This document shows, piece by piece, positions 32,047 through 46,364 of a stretch of DNA of 64,000 bases. The notes under the pieces are model-generated. The model searched no databases, was not told where the DNA came from, and saw nothing but the letters and a program-made list of their open reading frames with translations. Numbering within the stretch: the first letter of the stretch is position 1; the number at the start of each line of letters is the position of its first letter. The stretch is from Octopus vulgaris (taxonomy: Eukaryota): contig OX597836.1 of the NCBI GenBank assembly GCA_951406725.2, positions 3,782,001-3,846,000 of the forward strand, read 5' to 3'. Made by a program: the position numbers and the translations under genes.

Positions 32047-32430
32047 ACCCAGAAATCGAAAACAGAGAGTTGCTTATTTGCAAAAAAAAAAAAAAAAAAA
32101 GAAAAAAAGAAATATAAAATGTGACTTCATTGACCGAGGTTACCGTGGTCTTTTCCGTAGGCTTTTCTTTCCACGGGTAAACCTCACCTGTCCTCCCCTT
32201 TACACTTCATATTGACATTTCTGTGATAACGATCCCTATTGATCAATTTTTTTTTCCTCCCCCCCCTTTTTTTAACCCCCCTTTTTGTCCTCTTTCTCTC
32301 CTTTTACGATCCCTTTTGATCGAAACTCCCCCTTCCTTTTTTTTTTTTTTTTTCTAACCCTTCAAAAGAAAAGCTCTACCTTGTAATTTGTTCTATCTGT
32401 GTGCAGCCCTGTGTGGCTAATAAAGAAACA
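30688..32430 (+). mobile_element. L1/Tx1-clade LINE, 5'-truncated, with intact ORF2 C-terminal half and 3' UTR
   Basis: Stop-free frame 30688-32046 with [25 protein letters not shown] and the zinc knuckle [16 protein letters not shown]-rich against the background. AATAAA at 32419-32424, then TATC repeats. Confidence 0.92.
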
Positions 32431-32483
<53 letters not shown>

Positions 32484-32484
32484 G

Positions 32485-32530
<46 letters not shown>

Positions 32531-32534
32531 GATA

Positions 32535-32585
<51 letters not shown>

Positions 32586-32586
32586 A

Positions 32587-32653
<67 letters not shown>
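32431..32653. repeat. (TATC)n microsatellite, 3' flank of the Tx1 copy
   Basis: Direct repeat in the same orientation as the 5' flank. Confidence 0.95.
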
Positions 32654-33002
32654 TCAATCCTCCAACTGCGAGGCACACCTCTCCACATGTTGCACATGTT
32701 CTGTTGTGAACAATAGCCCTATCACCATTCACAAGAGGTCGATTCCTGTGAATTCTCCGATGGCTAACCAGGACCGCACGACTCAAGCACCTCCTCCCGC
32801 AAACCACTCACACAAAAAAGCAACACTTATTCATTTTCCGCAGGTTCATTCCTTCTAAGCCTTCTCTTAATCTTTTCGTGCTTCATTTTCTCTCTTTCAA
32901 ACCTCGAACGACCACTGTGTACTCTCTTCCTCCATCCATCCATCCATCCATCCATCCATCCATCCATCATACATACATACATATATACATACATAATCGG
33001 AG

Positions 33003-33300
33003 ATCGATTAAATAAGTACCAGTTACGCACTGGGGTCGATATAATCGACTTAATCTGTTTGTCTGCCCTTGTTTGTCCTCTCTGTGTTTAGCCCCTTGTG
33101 GGTCGTATAGAAATAGGTATTTCGTCTGCCGTTACGTTCTGAGTTCGAATTCCGCCGAGGTCGACTTTACCGTTCATCCTTTCGGGGTCGATTAAATAAG
33201 TACCAATTACACACTGGGGTCGATATAATCGACTTAATCCGTTTGTCTGTCCTTGTTTGTCCCTTCTTTGTTTAACCCCTTGTAGGCAGTAAAGAAGTAA
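33003..33300 (+). mobile_element. SINE family A tandem dimer
   Basis: A 3' unit ending gaaata is joined to ggtatttcgtctg and a second unit running to gtaaagaagta. Confidence 0.9.
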
Positions 33301-34064
33301 GAAATAAACAAATCAATAATCTGCAGGTGCGATGTTCGAATTGGAACAACTGCACGCGTGGTGTTCGAATTCCGTATTTTTTCCCTCTACTTTAAATATA
33401 CATCATTATACATTCTATTAAATCCATCCAGAATATCTGCGTGTCTGTTCTAATCACGAGTTCGGTCTTCTCTAATGAAATATCAATATCAATTGGGAAG
33501 TAATTAGCCAAGAAACACGAAATGAAGAAAAAAAAGTTAATTAGAAACGAAGATTAAAAACGAAACCCGAAAGTAGTTTTCCCCTCAACGTCCACCTCCT
33601 CATTCTCCCTATCAACCTAACAACCTCATAAATTTTAGAAACTCTCTCCAACGCTTGACCTCTGTCCACTTACCTACTTCGTGTCTTTGTTTCTCTTCTT
33701 CGTTTCCATATTTCCCAAACATTTTTCGTCTAATATTTATATTTTCGCAGTTCTGTGTCTGAGTTATAAATATTACATTTCCACAAATATTCAGACTCCT
33801 CCCATCCTTGCCACTTTTATTCTTCGCCGTCGGCATCTCCTTCCATGCCCACCATCCCAATACGAACAGCAACTACTCACTGAGACGTTGGTAGACAGGT
33901 TGTTCTCATATAATTTTTCTATATGTTTGTGTTAGTGTTTTTTTGTTACATAGTTCTGTTTGCTTTTCGGTTTGGCTTCATGCATTTTATGTATTTGCCT
34001 TCAGTCGTCGACGTCATCGTCACCATCATCTTCATCAACATTATTACTATTTCCTCCTTCCTAT

Positions 34065-34340
34065 AAAGCGACGAGCTGGCAGAAACTTTAACACGCCAGA
34101 CAAAATGCTTAGCAATATTTCGTCTATCGTTACGTTCTGAGTTCAAATTCCGCCGAGGTCCACATTTGCCTTTCATTCTTTCGGGGTCGATAAATTAAAT
34201 ACCAGTTACACACTGGGGTCGATATAATCGACTTGATCCGTTTGTCTGTCCTTGTTTGTCCTCTCTGTGTTTAGCCCCTTGTGGGTAGTAAAGAAATAGG
34301 TATTTCCTCTGCCGTTACATTCTGAGCTCAAATTCCACCG
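34065..34340 (+). mobile_element. SINE family A, full copy plus partial second unit
   Basis: Same junction aaagaaata|ggtatttc as at 6897 and about 33116. Confidence 0.9.
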
Positions 34341-34460
34341 TTAACGGCTAACCACGACGATAAGTATCTAACATCTGTGACTATATTTAGCTGTAAGTCA
34401 CTCCGTAAATTCTTCCCATTGGTAATTCTGTGTACCCTTCGCTGGATGGTAAGATACGTC

Positions 34461-34855
34461 TGGAGTGGCTGTGTAGTAAGTAGCTTGCTAACCAACCACA
34501 TGGTTCCGGGTTCAGTCCCACTGCGTGGCACCTTGGGCAAGTGTCTTCTATTATAGCCTCGGGCCGACCAATGCCTTGTGAGTGGATTTGGTAGACGGAA
34601 ACTGAAAGAAGCCTGTCGTATATATGTATGTGTGTGTGTGTTTGCGTGTCTGTGTTTGTCCCCCTAGCATTGCTTCACAACCGATGCTGGTGTGTTTACG
34701 TCCCCGTCACTTAGCGGTTCGGCAAAAGAGACCGATTGAATAAGTACTGGGCTTACAAAGAATAAGACCCGGGGTCGATTTGCTAGACTAAAGGCGGTGC
34801 TCCAGCATGGCCCCAGTCAAATGACTGAAACAAGTAAAATAGTAAAAGAGTAAAG
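34461..34855 (+). mobile_element. SINE family B, near full length
   Basis: Highly similar to 59959-60378. Confidence 0.9.
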
Positions 34856-34883
34856 AGAGAGTATATATTACTCTTAATATTAT

Positions 34884-34914
<31 letters not shown>

Positions 34915-35149
34915 GCATATATATAGACACACATAGAGTAATTTATACACGTGTATATACTTGTGCTTAGATTGCTTGTCAGATTCATTATTCTTTGATT
35001 CGTTCTGGTATTTTTATATTCCAAAATATTTTTTTTGCAAAACAATCGATCATCAAAAATTATTTTCACAGAGGAACGTAAAATCACCGTTTGCCAATGT
35101 TTCGGATTTTATACAATGATCACACCGCCATTCAATGGTATGAGACAAA

Positions 35150-37640
<2,491 letters not shown>

Positions 37641-38199
37641 CCTTGTGTGTGTATAGGTGTTTGAGATCCGGATCATGTGGCTAAGAAACCTATTGATGGA
37701 TTATTCTCCTCCATGAATGTATCTACTGGACACAAACGAACATGTTAAATACACACGCACACGCACACGCACACAGCTTACCTTTTAATTAATAAACATT
37801 TATGCAAAGCACAACGAGTATGAGAAATCTGTATTTAAACTACAGTTTTTTACGCATTTCTCTTTGGAATTTTAAACAGATTCCAATGCATTCTGCTCTG
37901 TCTCTGTACACACCACATGAAAGAAGATTGTCTCAGCGTGTTTCGGAGTTTGTCGAGCCTTCATCTAACGACACGCACTCCCCCACATTTCTTCTACCTT
38001 CAAACGGAACTTCAATAGCCAGGCGCTTTTTATAGCTTTGATACATTAGAACGTAGCTGATACGGTTAAACTAATTTGCATATCATTAGTTCGCCGCTGA
38101 CCTAATTGAAGGCCTAATTAAAACGTGTGCCCAGCTCAGCGTGTGTTAGAAAACCCGAGATAATCGTAAAGTAGTTAACCTGTATTATTATTATTATTA

Positions 38200-38296
<97 letters not shown>

Positions 38297-38331
38297 TATT
38301 ATTATCATTATTATCATTATCATTATTATTA

Positions 38332-38371
<40 letters not shown>

Positions 38372-38438
38372 CATCATCATCATTATTATTATTATTATTA
38401 TTGTTATTATTATTATTATTATTATTAGTGATAGTAGT

Positions 38439-38658
38439 AAGGCGGCGAATTGGCAGAATGGTTAGCACGCCGGGCGAAATGCGTACCGGTATTTCGTCTG
38501 TCTTTTCGTTCTGAGTTCAAATTCCGCCGAGGTCGACTTTGCCTTTCATCCTTTCGGGGGTCGATAAATTAAGGACCAGTTGCGTACTGGAGTCGATCTA
38601 ACCGACTGCCCCCCCCCCCTCAAAATTTCAGGCCTTCTGGCTATAGTAGAAAGGATTA
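38439..38658 (+). mobile_element. SINE family A with alternative tail (type 2)
   Basis: Family A head and core, then ccccctcaaaatttcaggccttctggctatagtagaaaggattat. Confidence 0.85.
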
Positions 38659-38659
38659 T

Positions 38660-39347
38660 CATCATCATCATCATCGTCGTCATCATTATTATCATACATT
38701 TGACTTTTGCTTCGTATTTGTAGAAGTTGACTCAAAGTCTCACCCAGAGACCTCAAGAGACAACAAGTTAGAGATTCAAGTTGGTATTATGCCTTGGTGC
38801 CATATATTTTGTTTTGCACAAAGTATTGTTCTGGAGAATGTTTAAGAAAAGAAGAAAATTACAAGTTTGTTTTAAAATATGGGAATACATAGATAGTATT
38901 TTACGTTGGATATGGGCAGTTTCCATGGGAACTATATTTTGAATTTCTGACATTTTTGGATTTCCTAGTATCTGAGCTTGGTAGAATCAGCCCCTTTTGC
39001 TATCATTCCTAGGGCACTTATGACAACAGGTATTGTTTTAGTCTTCGGGTTCCACATTTTGCCAATTTCTATTTCAAGATCTTTATACTTGCTCAGTTTT
39101 TGGTAGGTCTTATACATTTATGTCAATGGGGACAGTCATATCGATGAGGAGGCATGATTTTTGTCTGAAGTCCTTCAATATAATGTCTGGCCTATTCGCA
39201 TTTATCTTTCTGTCAGTTTGAACGGTGAAGTTCCAGAGCAGTGAGATGAGGTCGTTTTCAAGCACTGGAGGTATTTTGTGTTCCCACCAGTTTTTAACAT
39301 GGGGCAGTTCCATGTTTTTGCAAATTACTCAGTGCAAAAAAGTGGCA
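38660..39347 (-). mobile_element. R4/Dong-type non-LTR retrotransposon 3' end (restriction-like endonuclease), decayed
   Basis: KNWWEHKIPPVLEND..LLWNFTVQTDRKINANRPDIILKD..CLLIDMTVP, then KLSKYKDLEIEI..IPVVISALG and HIQRKIL. Ends in a (TGA/TAA)n tail. Confidence 0.85.
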
Positions 39348-39349
39348 GT

Positions 39350-39780
39350 TTTAACTTGTCTTCCTATATTTCGGGGTTATAATCCTTTCTTCAGGCCATC
39401 TAGAAAAAGCGAGGGATGAAAAAGTCGTTGCTCAGATGAGTAGGTTTGGAAAGAGTAAGTGAGAGGGAATCGGAAGGTGATATGCGCAGACTGGGGTTCC
39501 CAGAGCAACCAGTCTACTTCATGTACTTCCATCCTGTTGTTAATGGCTTCTATCAATTTGTTTATAAGGAACGCCTCCATGATTCCGAGACAAGTGATCT
39601 TGACTGGTAAAAGCAATTGATTAGCCTCTAGCTTATATAAAGGTTGTGTAAAAAACACAAGTGGCTCAATAACTGATCGATAAAGTTCAAAAACCAATGC
39701 ATCAATTACAATTCGTTCCATATCGAAATTAGACGGGAAATTCCGATAAGATGCCATATGCCATAGAGTTACAGTTCCAA
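39350..39780 (-). mobile_element. Penelope-like element remnant (GIY-YIG C-terminus plus terminal region)
   Basis: ITCLGIMEAFLINKLIEAINNR resembles the ExxxIxxxxPxLN end of GIY-YIG. Decayed hammerhead-like cctgaagaaagg...ccccgaaata lies downstream. Confidence 0.5.
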
Positions 39781-40457
39781 AGTGATAATCAAGCCAGTAA
39801 TTAAAAAGAATGGTGAAGAGTTAATGACCTGCCCTACTCAGATTATCTTGGAGAGATAGAGGGCGGTGTAGTTTCATTTTTCTAGCTGCATATTAAAATT
39901 TGTGGTGTGGCTACGTGAGATTTCGATCTGATTAACTTCCATCTGGCGTCAATAAGGGTAAGTCGGCGCACGAAAAAATGGGATGTTTATTAATTCGGAA
40001 AGTTAATGCGAGTAATAAAAGATGATAAGGGAAAAGAACATGGAAAAGAAAAGAAGGATAAGGGGAAAAAAGATAGAAAGACCAAACTTAATTGCCCCTA
40101 GTAAGATGCATGTATATATATATATAGGCATACATAAATAATCTCGTCCACACATTGAAATACTCACACACTCATAATCAGAGAAAGGAAACAACGCAGA
40201 CGTACACGCACACATATGCAGCATATCCCTTTGCACACATAATTACATACACAGAACAAACATGTAAACCAACAAACACACACATGCACACGCTCACATT
40301 TGTACGCACATGTAGAAACACGGATATAAAGAACACCCGGCGTTGTGTAGGGACTTTTGCCAGACGGATTCCCGCAGCAAATTCGGAGTTTAAACAAATC
40401 ACATACACTATGTATGTGCAATCGATAAGGTTTACATTGCTTGAGCTGCTTCAGTGC

Positions 40458-40578
<121 letters not shown>

Positions 40579-40689
40579 TAATAATAATAATAATAAAAAA
40601 TAATAATAACAGTATCAATAATAATAAGCTGTGCCAACACTATGGAATAAGAACAGAGAAAAGATGCTATAGATGCCATATGCTATTTC

Positions 40690-40806
40690 TAAACCGCTAA
40701 GTTACGGGGATGTAAATACACCAACATCGGTTGTCAAGCGATGGTGGGGGAAAACACAGACATAAACGCACACAAATACACAAGCACACGTACCCTCACA
40801 CACACA

Positions 40807-40885
<79 letters not shown>

Positions 40886-41052
40886 CTATATGACGGGAGT
40901 CTTTCAATTTCCATCTACCAAATCCACTCACAAAGCTTTAGTCAGCCCGAAGCTATAGTAGAAGACACTGGCCCAAGGTTCCACGCAGTGGGACTGACAC
41001 CGGCACCATGTGGTTGCTAAGCAAGCTATTTACCACAGAGCCACGCCTGCGC
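40690..41052 (-). mobile_element. SINE family B
   Basis: aaccgctaagttacgggga...aatccactcacaaagc...cacgcagtgggactga. Confidence 0.85.
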
Positions 41053-41819
41053 TTGAGTAAGAATTATGTCGACTAATTAAGAAGGAAGGTTTTTCTAGCA
41101 GTACAAACGTAAAGCATCGCTACAGTTCTAAGAATTACAACTCCCAATGATCATCCGTTTGATACAATAATTGGAATCGTGTTCTTTTAGCTGCCTGTTG
41201 AAATCGGCCAATTTCTTCCATATTTTTATAATTAAAAGAGAAACTGTGTTTGCAAATCGCTTGTTTAAACATTTCTTTGATTATGCCTATGTAGTACTCG
41301 CTTACTTTGTCGCAGTTTATATATTTGAACCAGCTGGCGTCTAAATCATTTTGACAGTAAACGGATATCTTATCAAAGATTTATACATTCGTGAAAATAT
41401 CGGAAATCCACCACCAAGTGGTATGGCTACTATGCAGCAGGAGTCTAGCTTTATGCATATAAGACTTTCATTAAATTTACGAAAACAATTTACACCCATT
41501 TGTGGATAAACAAAGCATACAAGAAGTTAGTTACTCCCAAGCATTTAGCGGTTGTATTTTTATTAGTCCGAAAGAGCTAAACATGAAGATATATCTTTTC
41601 TAAATGTCTAAATCGAGCTCTTAGTTGTATTTGGATAAAACAAACCTGTCGTCTCTATAGAGGTCAACGTTCAATGAGGTAGACATCTTGCTTTGTTCAG
41701 TTAGAATATAAAAATCCTACGAGGTCACATATCTCCCGCCTTGTTGGACACCTTATCCTCAGATAAAAAACCCCGAATGAATCGAATTTTATCCATAGGA
41801 AGATTTTGTAAATTCTATT

Positions 41820-41940
41820 ATTCTTTCACTTGTTTCAGTCATTTGACTGCGGCTATGCTGGAGCACCACCTTTAGTCGAACAAATCGACCCCAGGACTTA
41901 GTCTTTCTCAGCCCAGTACTTATTCAATCGGTCTCTTTTT
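41820..41940 (-). mobile_element. SINE family B 3' fragment
   Basis: cttgtttcagtcatttgactgcggctatgctggagcacc. Confidence 0.85.
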
Positions 41941-42992
41941 GAATCTTCAACTTCAGCTGAATTTGCGGACCACCATTTAAGATTTGAGGCAAAATAATTT
42001 CGGTTGATGAAATATGGTTGCACAAACAACACTCACCCCAAAATGCATAAACACCTCTTGTTACCTTGTTGTTACACGCGTCGTCGGTGGCGCAGAGAAT
42101 GATTGGTGCATTCGAAACTCAAGACCAACAACTTAAAATTTACAAAAGAATGACATAAATAATGAAATAAAAAATAAAATACGCCTAATCAAAAAGTGAC
42201 GAAATGAAAGCATCATTAAATCGTATGGGTAAACCCGTTGCGTATTAGTTCTGTCTGATTCTAGAGTTCGAATCCTTCCGTGGTTCCATTTACGTTTCAT
42301 TATTCCGGTATTTTTAAATATACTATTAGCCAAATACTCGAGTCAATTTCTCTAATCTGTATTTCTCTCTCCGACTCTCTCTCTTTCTCTCTTTGTGTGT
42401 CTTTCTCTGTCTGTCTGTCATTCTCTCTCTCTCTCTTCCCCATTTAATAGCTTTTTGTTATCGAATCAGCGTAAAGAGGTGGAGAATTTGGGAGGTCCAC
42501 CTCGCAGCCAAACCGCTCTTTTCTCCACTACAATCAGGAAACGACTAAAAAGTTACATACACACGCGCACGCACACACATACACACACACAGACCTAGTC
42601 TTGACGGAGTCGAACGCACACCGTCGTTTCCTGAGACTTATCCCTACATCTTACACGCGTCTCTTCTCCCATCTGAAGTCCATCCCCATAAAACAGCATT
42701 TCCACTTAGTTTCGAACCATTTGCCCGTGTTTTCCTTCTTTCTTTGTACAGATTATTTCTCCCCCTTACTCACTACACTTCCTTCTGATAAATGGCTAAT
42801 ATCCGAAACGTCAAGACACTTTAATTTTCCATTAATGCATTAAGTTTATGCATTATTTCTCAAACTACATTTGTTCTACGCCATCTTTTTTTTTATTTTA
42901 CCTATTCATATATACATACATACATCGATATGCATACATATTTATAAATATATATGCATATCTACATCTGTCGATCTATCTATCTATCTATA

Positions 42993-43039
<47 letters not shown>

Positions 43040-43451
43040 ATATCTATCTCTCCATCTATCTGTCTATCTATCTATCTCTCCATCTATCTGTCTGTCTGTC
43101 TGTCTCTCTATCTCTCTGTCTGTCTGTTTGTCTCTCTCTCTATCTCTCTATCTATCTATGGATGCAAAAAAAAACCAACCAAACAAACAAACAATAGCCC
43201 ATTATAATTTTACTCTTTTTTTGCAAATGACATTCGAAATATGTTATAGATTTCACTGCTTTTATGAAAAATATCATCACCTTTTTATTTATCTTTTTAT
43301 CTGCAGCCTAATCTTTTCTAGATACACTGTATTTCTCTTCTACAACAACCACAACAAAAACAACAACATCTACGAGTGAACATGTATGAAAGTATACATA
43401 CACATATACATACATACACACACATACATAGATACATACATACATACATAC

Positions 43452-43537
<86 letters not shown>

Positions 43538-44221
43538 GTATATATGTATGTATGTATGTATTATTCTAATTGAAAACCATATACGTCAATACTTTTTTCC
43601 ACTTAGTTTTGGAACAGTTTCCATATTTTGTTGTTCTTGCTTCAATATTTTGGCAATTTATTCTTTTCGTAAAGAACTCTTATATTTTTCAGAGCACTCT
43701 ATTCTTTATTATTCAGGGAATTAAAAAAAAATTTCTTTATAACATTTATTTTCCAACAATGTATTTTTCAAAAACTGATTTTCATTATATATCACATAAT
43801 ACAACGTAAATTGCTTTTTTCCCCCAATTTCTCTAAAACTTGAAGGAATTTATTACCTTTTGCAGGAATTAAAAAAAAAGGAAAAACTTCTACGATGTTT
43901 AATATTGTATTCTTTACCATTTATCTACCAGGTAAATTGTCGATAAAATAATACCAGTAATATATTGTGGCATCGATATAATCAACTACATCTATACTAT
44001 ACACCTTACCATCAATATTTTGGGCTGCTTAATGCATATTAACCCAATGTCCTCATTTGAGGGCAGTTGTATTTGGTTCGTTAACGGAAATACAGATTAT
44101 CTGGACACAAAATAGTGTTTGTTGTATTTATTTAATCATTGTATTTGATTAATTTACTGCAATAAAGCTTCACTGGTCGCTTCCGTATGCTTGTTATCCC
44201 TATTTATGTAACTATTCTTTT

Positions 44222-44617
44222 GTTCTTTTATTTGTTTTAGTTATTTGACTGTGGCCATGCTGGAGTACCGCCTTTAGTCGAGCAAATCGACCCCAGGACT
44301 TATTCTTTGTAAGCCTAGTACTTATTCTGTCGGTCTTTTTTGCCGAACCGCTAAGTTACGGGAACGTAAATACACCAGCATCGGTTGTCAAGCGATGTTG
44401 GGGGGACAAACACAGATACACAAACATATACACACACATACATATATACGACGGGCTTCTTTCAGTTTCCGTTTACCAAATCCACTCACAAGGCTTTGGT
44501 CGGTCCGGAGCTATAGTAGAAGACACTTGCCCAATATGCCACGCAGTGGGACTAAACCCGGAACCATGTGGTTGGGGAGTAAGCTAGCTACTTGCCACGC
44601 AGCCACTCCTACGCCTA
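44222..44617 (-). mobile_element. SINE family B, full length
   Basis: Reverse complement aligns end to end with 59959-60378. Confidence 0.9.
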
Positions 44618-44659
44618 TCTTCAAAATTTCGACAGGGTTAACATGGGTTAAAATAAGTT

Positions 44660-45056
44660 AAACAGGCGAAATCATTAGCACGCCGGACAAAATCCCTAGC
44701 GCATTTCGTCCGTTTTCGCGTCCATCGAGGTTAACTTCGACATCTATCTCTTTGGAACAGGTAAAAATATCTACACTCAAGTATTAGAGTCGATGTAATC
44801 GATTTATTTCTGCCCCCGGAATTGCTGGCCTCGTGTCAAAATTTGAAAGCAATATTTCTCATCTTTTAAGGCGGTGAGCTGACAGAATCGTTAGCACGCC
44901 GGCGAAATGCTTATGTTCTGAGTTCAAATTCCGCCGAGGTCGCTTTTGCCTTTCATCTTTTTGGAGGAGTGAAATTAAGTACCACTGAAGTACTTGTATC
45001 GATGTAATGGACTTATTGCCTCCCCAAAAAACTACTGCGTTTGAAGCCAAAATTTG
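44660..45056 (+). mobile_element. Two adjacent SINE family A copies with tail type 3
   Basis: Heads at about 44663 and 44868. Tails aattgctggcctcgtgtcaaaatttgaaa and actactgcgtttgaagccaaaatttg. Confidence 0.75.
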
Positions 45057-45152
45057 TCATATCCATCTTAACGCGAATGTCTGGTTAGAACGCCAACTTC
45101 TGCGGTATTCGCCTCGAAACTTCCTCTCATACGAACGCCTGGTTCATAAAAG

Positions 45153-45220
<68 letters not shown>

Positions 45221-45231
45221 GTAATGCAGTA

Positions 45232-45309
45232 CGATCGTTTCATGCGACTCCATTTAATTGAGCAATGTAATGTTTGCATTCAATTAAATGGGGTCGCATG
45301 AAGCGATCG
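45232..45309 (+). other. Near-perfect 78-nt hairpin (pre-miRNA-like or MITE-like)
   Basis: 30-bp arms whose only two differences are U:G pairs on the + strand. Confidence 0.6.
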
Positions 45310-46247
45310 AATATATATATATATATATCGCAGCAGACGTGAATTGTCTTGTAATGGGCGCTGGAAATGCCAGATCATGTGACATCTACATTAAGTTGGA
45401 CCTAAAGACTACATTTTGGTACTAATTCTGCTTCCGTCGCCAATCCTTATTTCATAATAATCCTGCTGGTTATTTGCTACACCGGTGACCAAAACTGCAC
45501 TGATGTTCTGTGCATCATGGCAGCAAAGTTTAGCTGGTGTTCAGTCACCGGACAGTTGTCACTGAAGAAGTACAGCACGGTGAAATCCCTTGATTCTGGC
45601 AGTCCCGGTGCCCATACCAGACGATTCTCATCTGCTACGATATATTCCTCTGCTTTTCTGCATCATGCGTCCAAATGAGAGAACCTCTCATTTCATATAC
45701 TAGCAGTATTTGGCGTTCTAGTAAGACATCTACGTTAAGTTGGATATAACGATTACCTTTTAGTACTATTATTGCATCCATCGCAAAAAAAAAAAATGTT
45801 TTTTTATCCTTCTATATTTTAACAATATATTCAGTTTGAACAGAACTCTTAAATTATCCACAACATTCTTTTATTCTTAAGGAAATTATGTGAAAGAAAA
45901 AAAAAGAAAATCAATTATTTTTTCGTTTTCTTGGAATAGCGTTTCTGTAAGACATACTTGCATTATTTATTAAGAATTTCAACATATTATATACTTTTCT
46001 CCTCTAGAAATTGTAGGAGAGGAGGCTGCAAGAAAAAAAAAAAAAAAAAAGAAAATAGTTGTGTGATTGAAATCCATGATTTGCAATGACGAATTCTAAT
46101 GTTCCAAAGAGAAAATGTGTTTTCTAATGGAAGAACAGAACCGACGACAAAAGCGGTGTGGGGGAAATTTAGTTTGAAAAAGGGGCGCAGATGGACGATC
46201 GTATGTATGCATGTATGTATGTATGGATGGATATGGATATATGTGTG

Positions 46248-46316
<69 letters not shown>

Positions 46317-46364
46317 GTCTGTCTGTCTATCCGTCTGTCAATTTATTTACCTATCTATCAATCA

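Noticed and set aside
39886-39957. 72-nt plus-strand segment with a good acceptor (tttttctag) and donor (gtaagt)
   Set aside because: Stops in all three frames; it could only be a non-coding exon, and there is no further support.
45555-45603. CUGAAGA...GAAA hammerhead-like spacing
   Set aside because: Stem II does not pair, and the stem III and stem I registers are incompatible.
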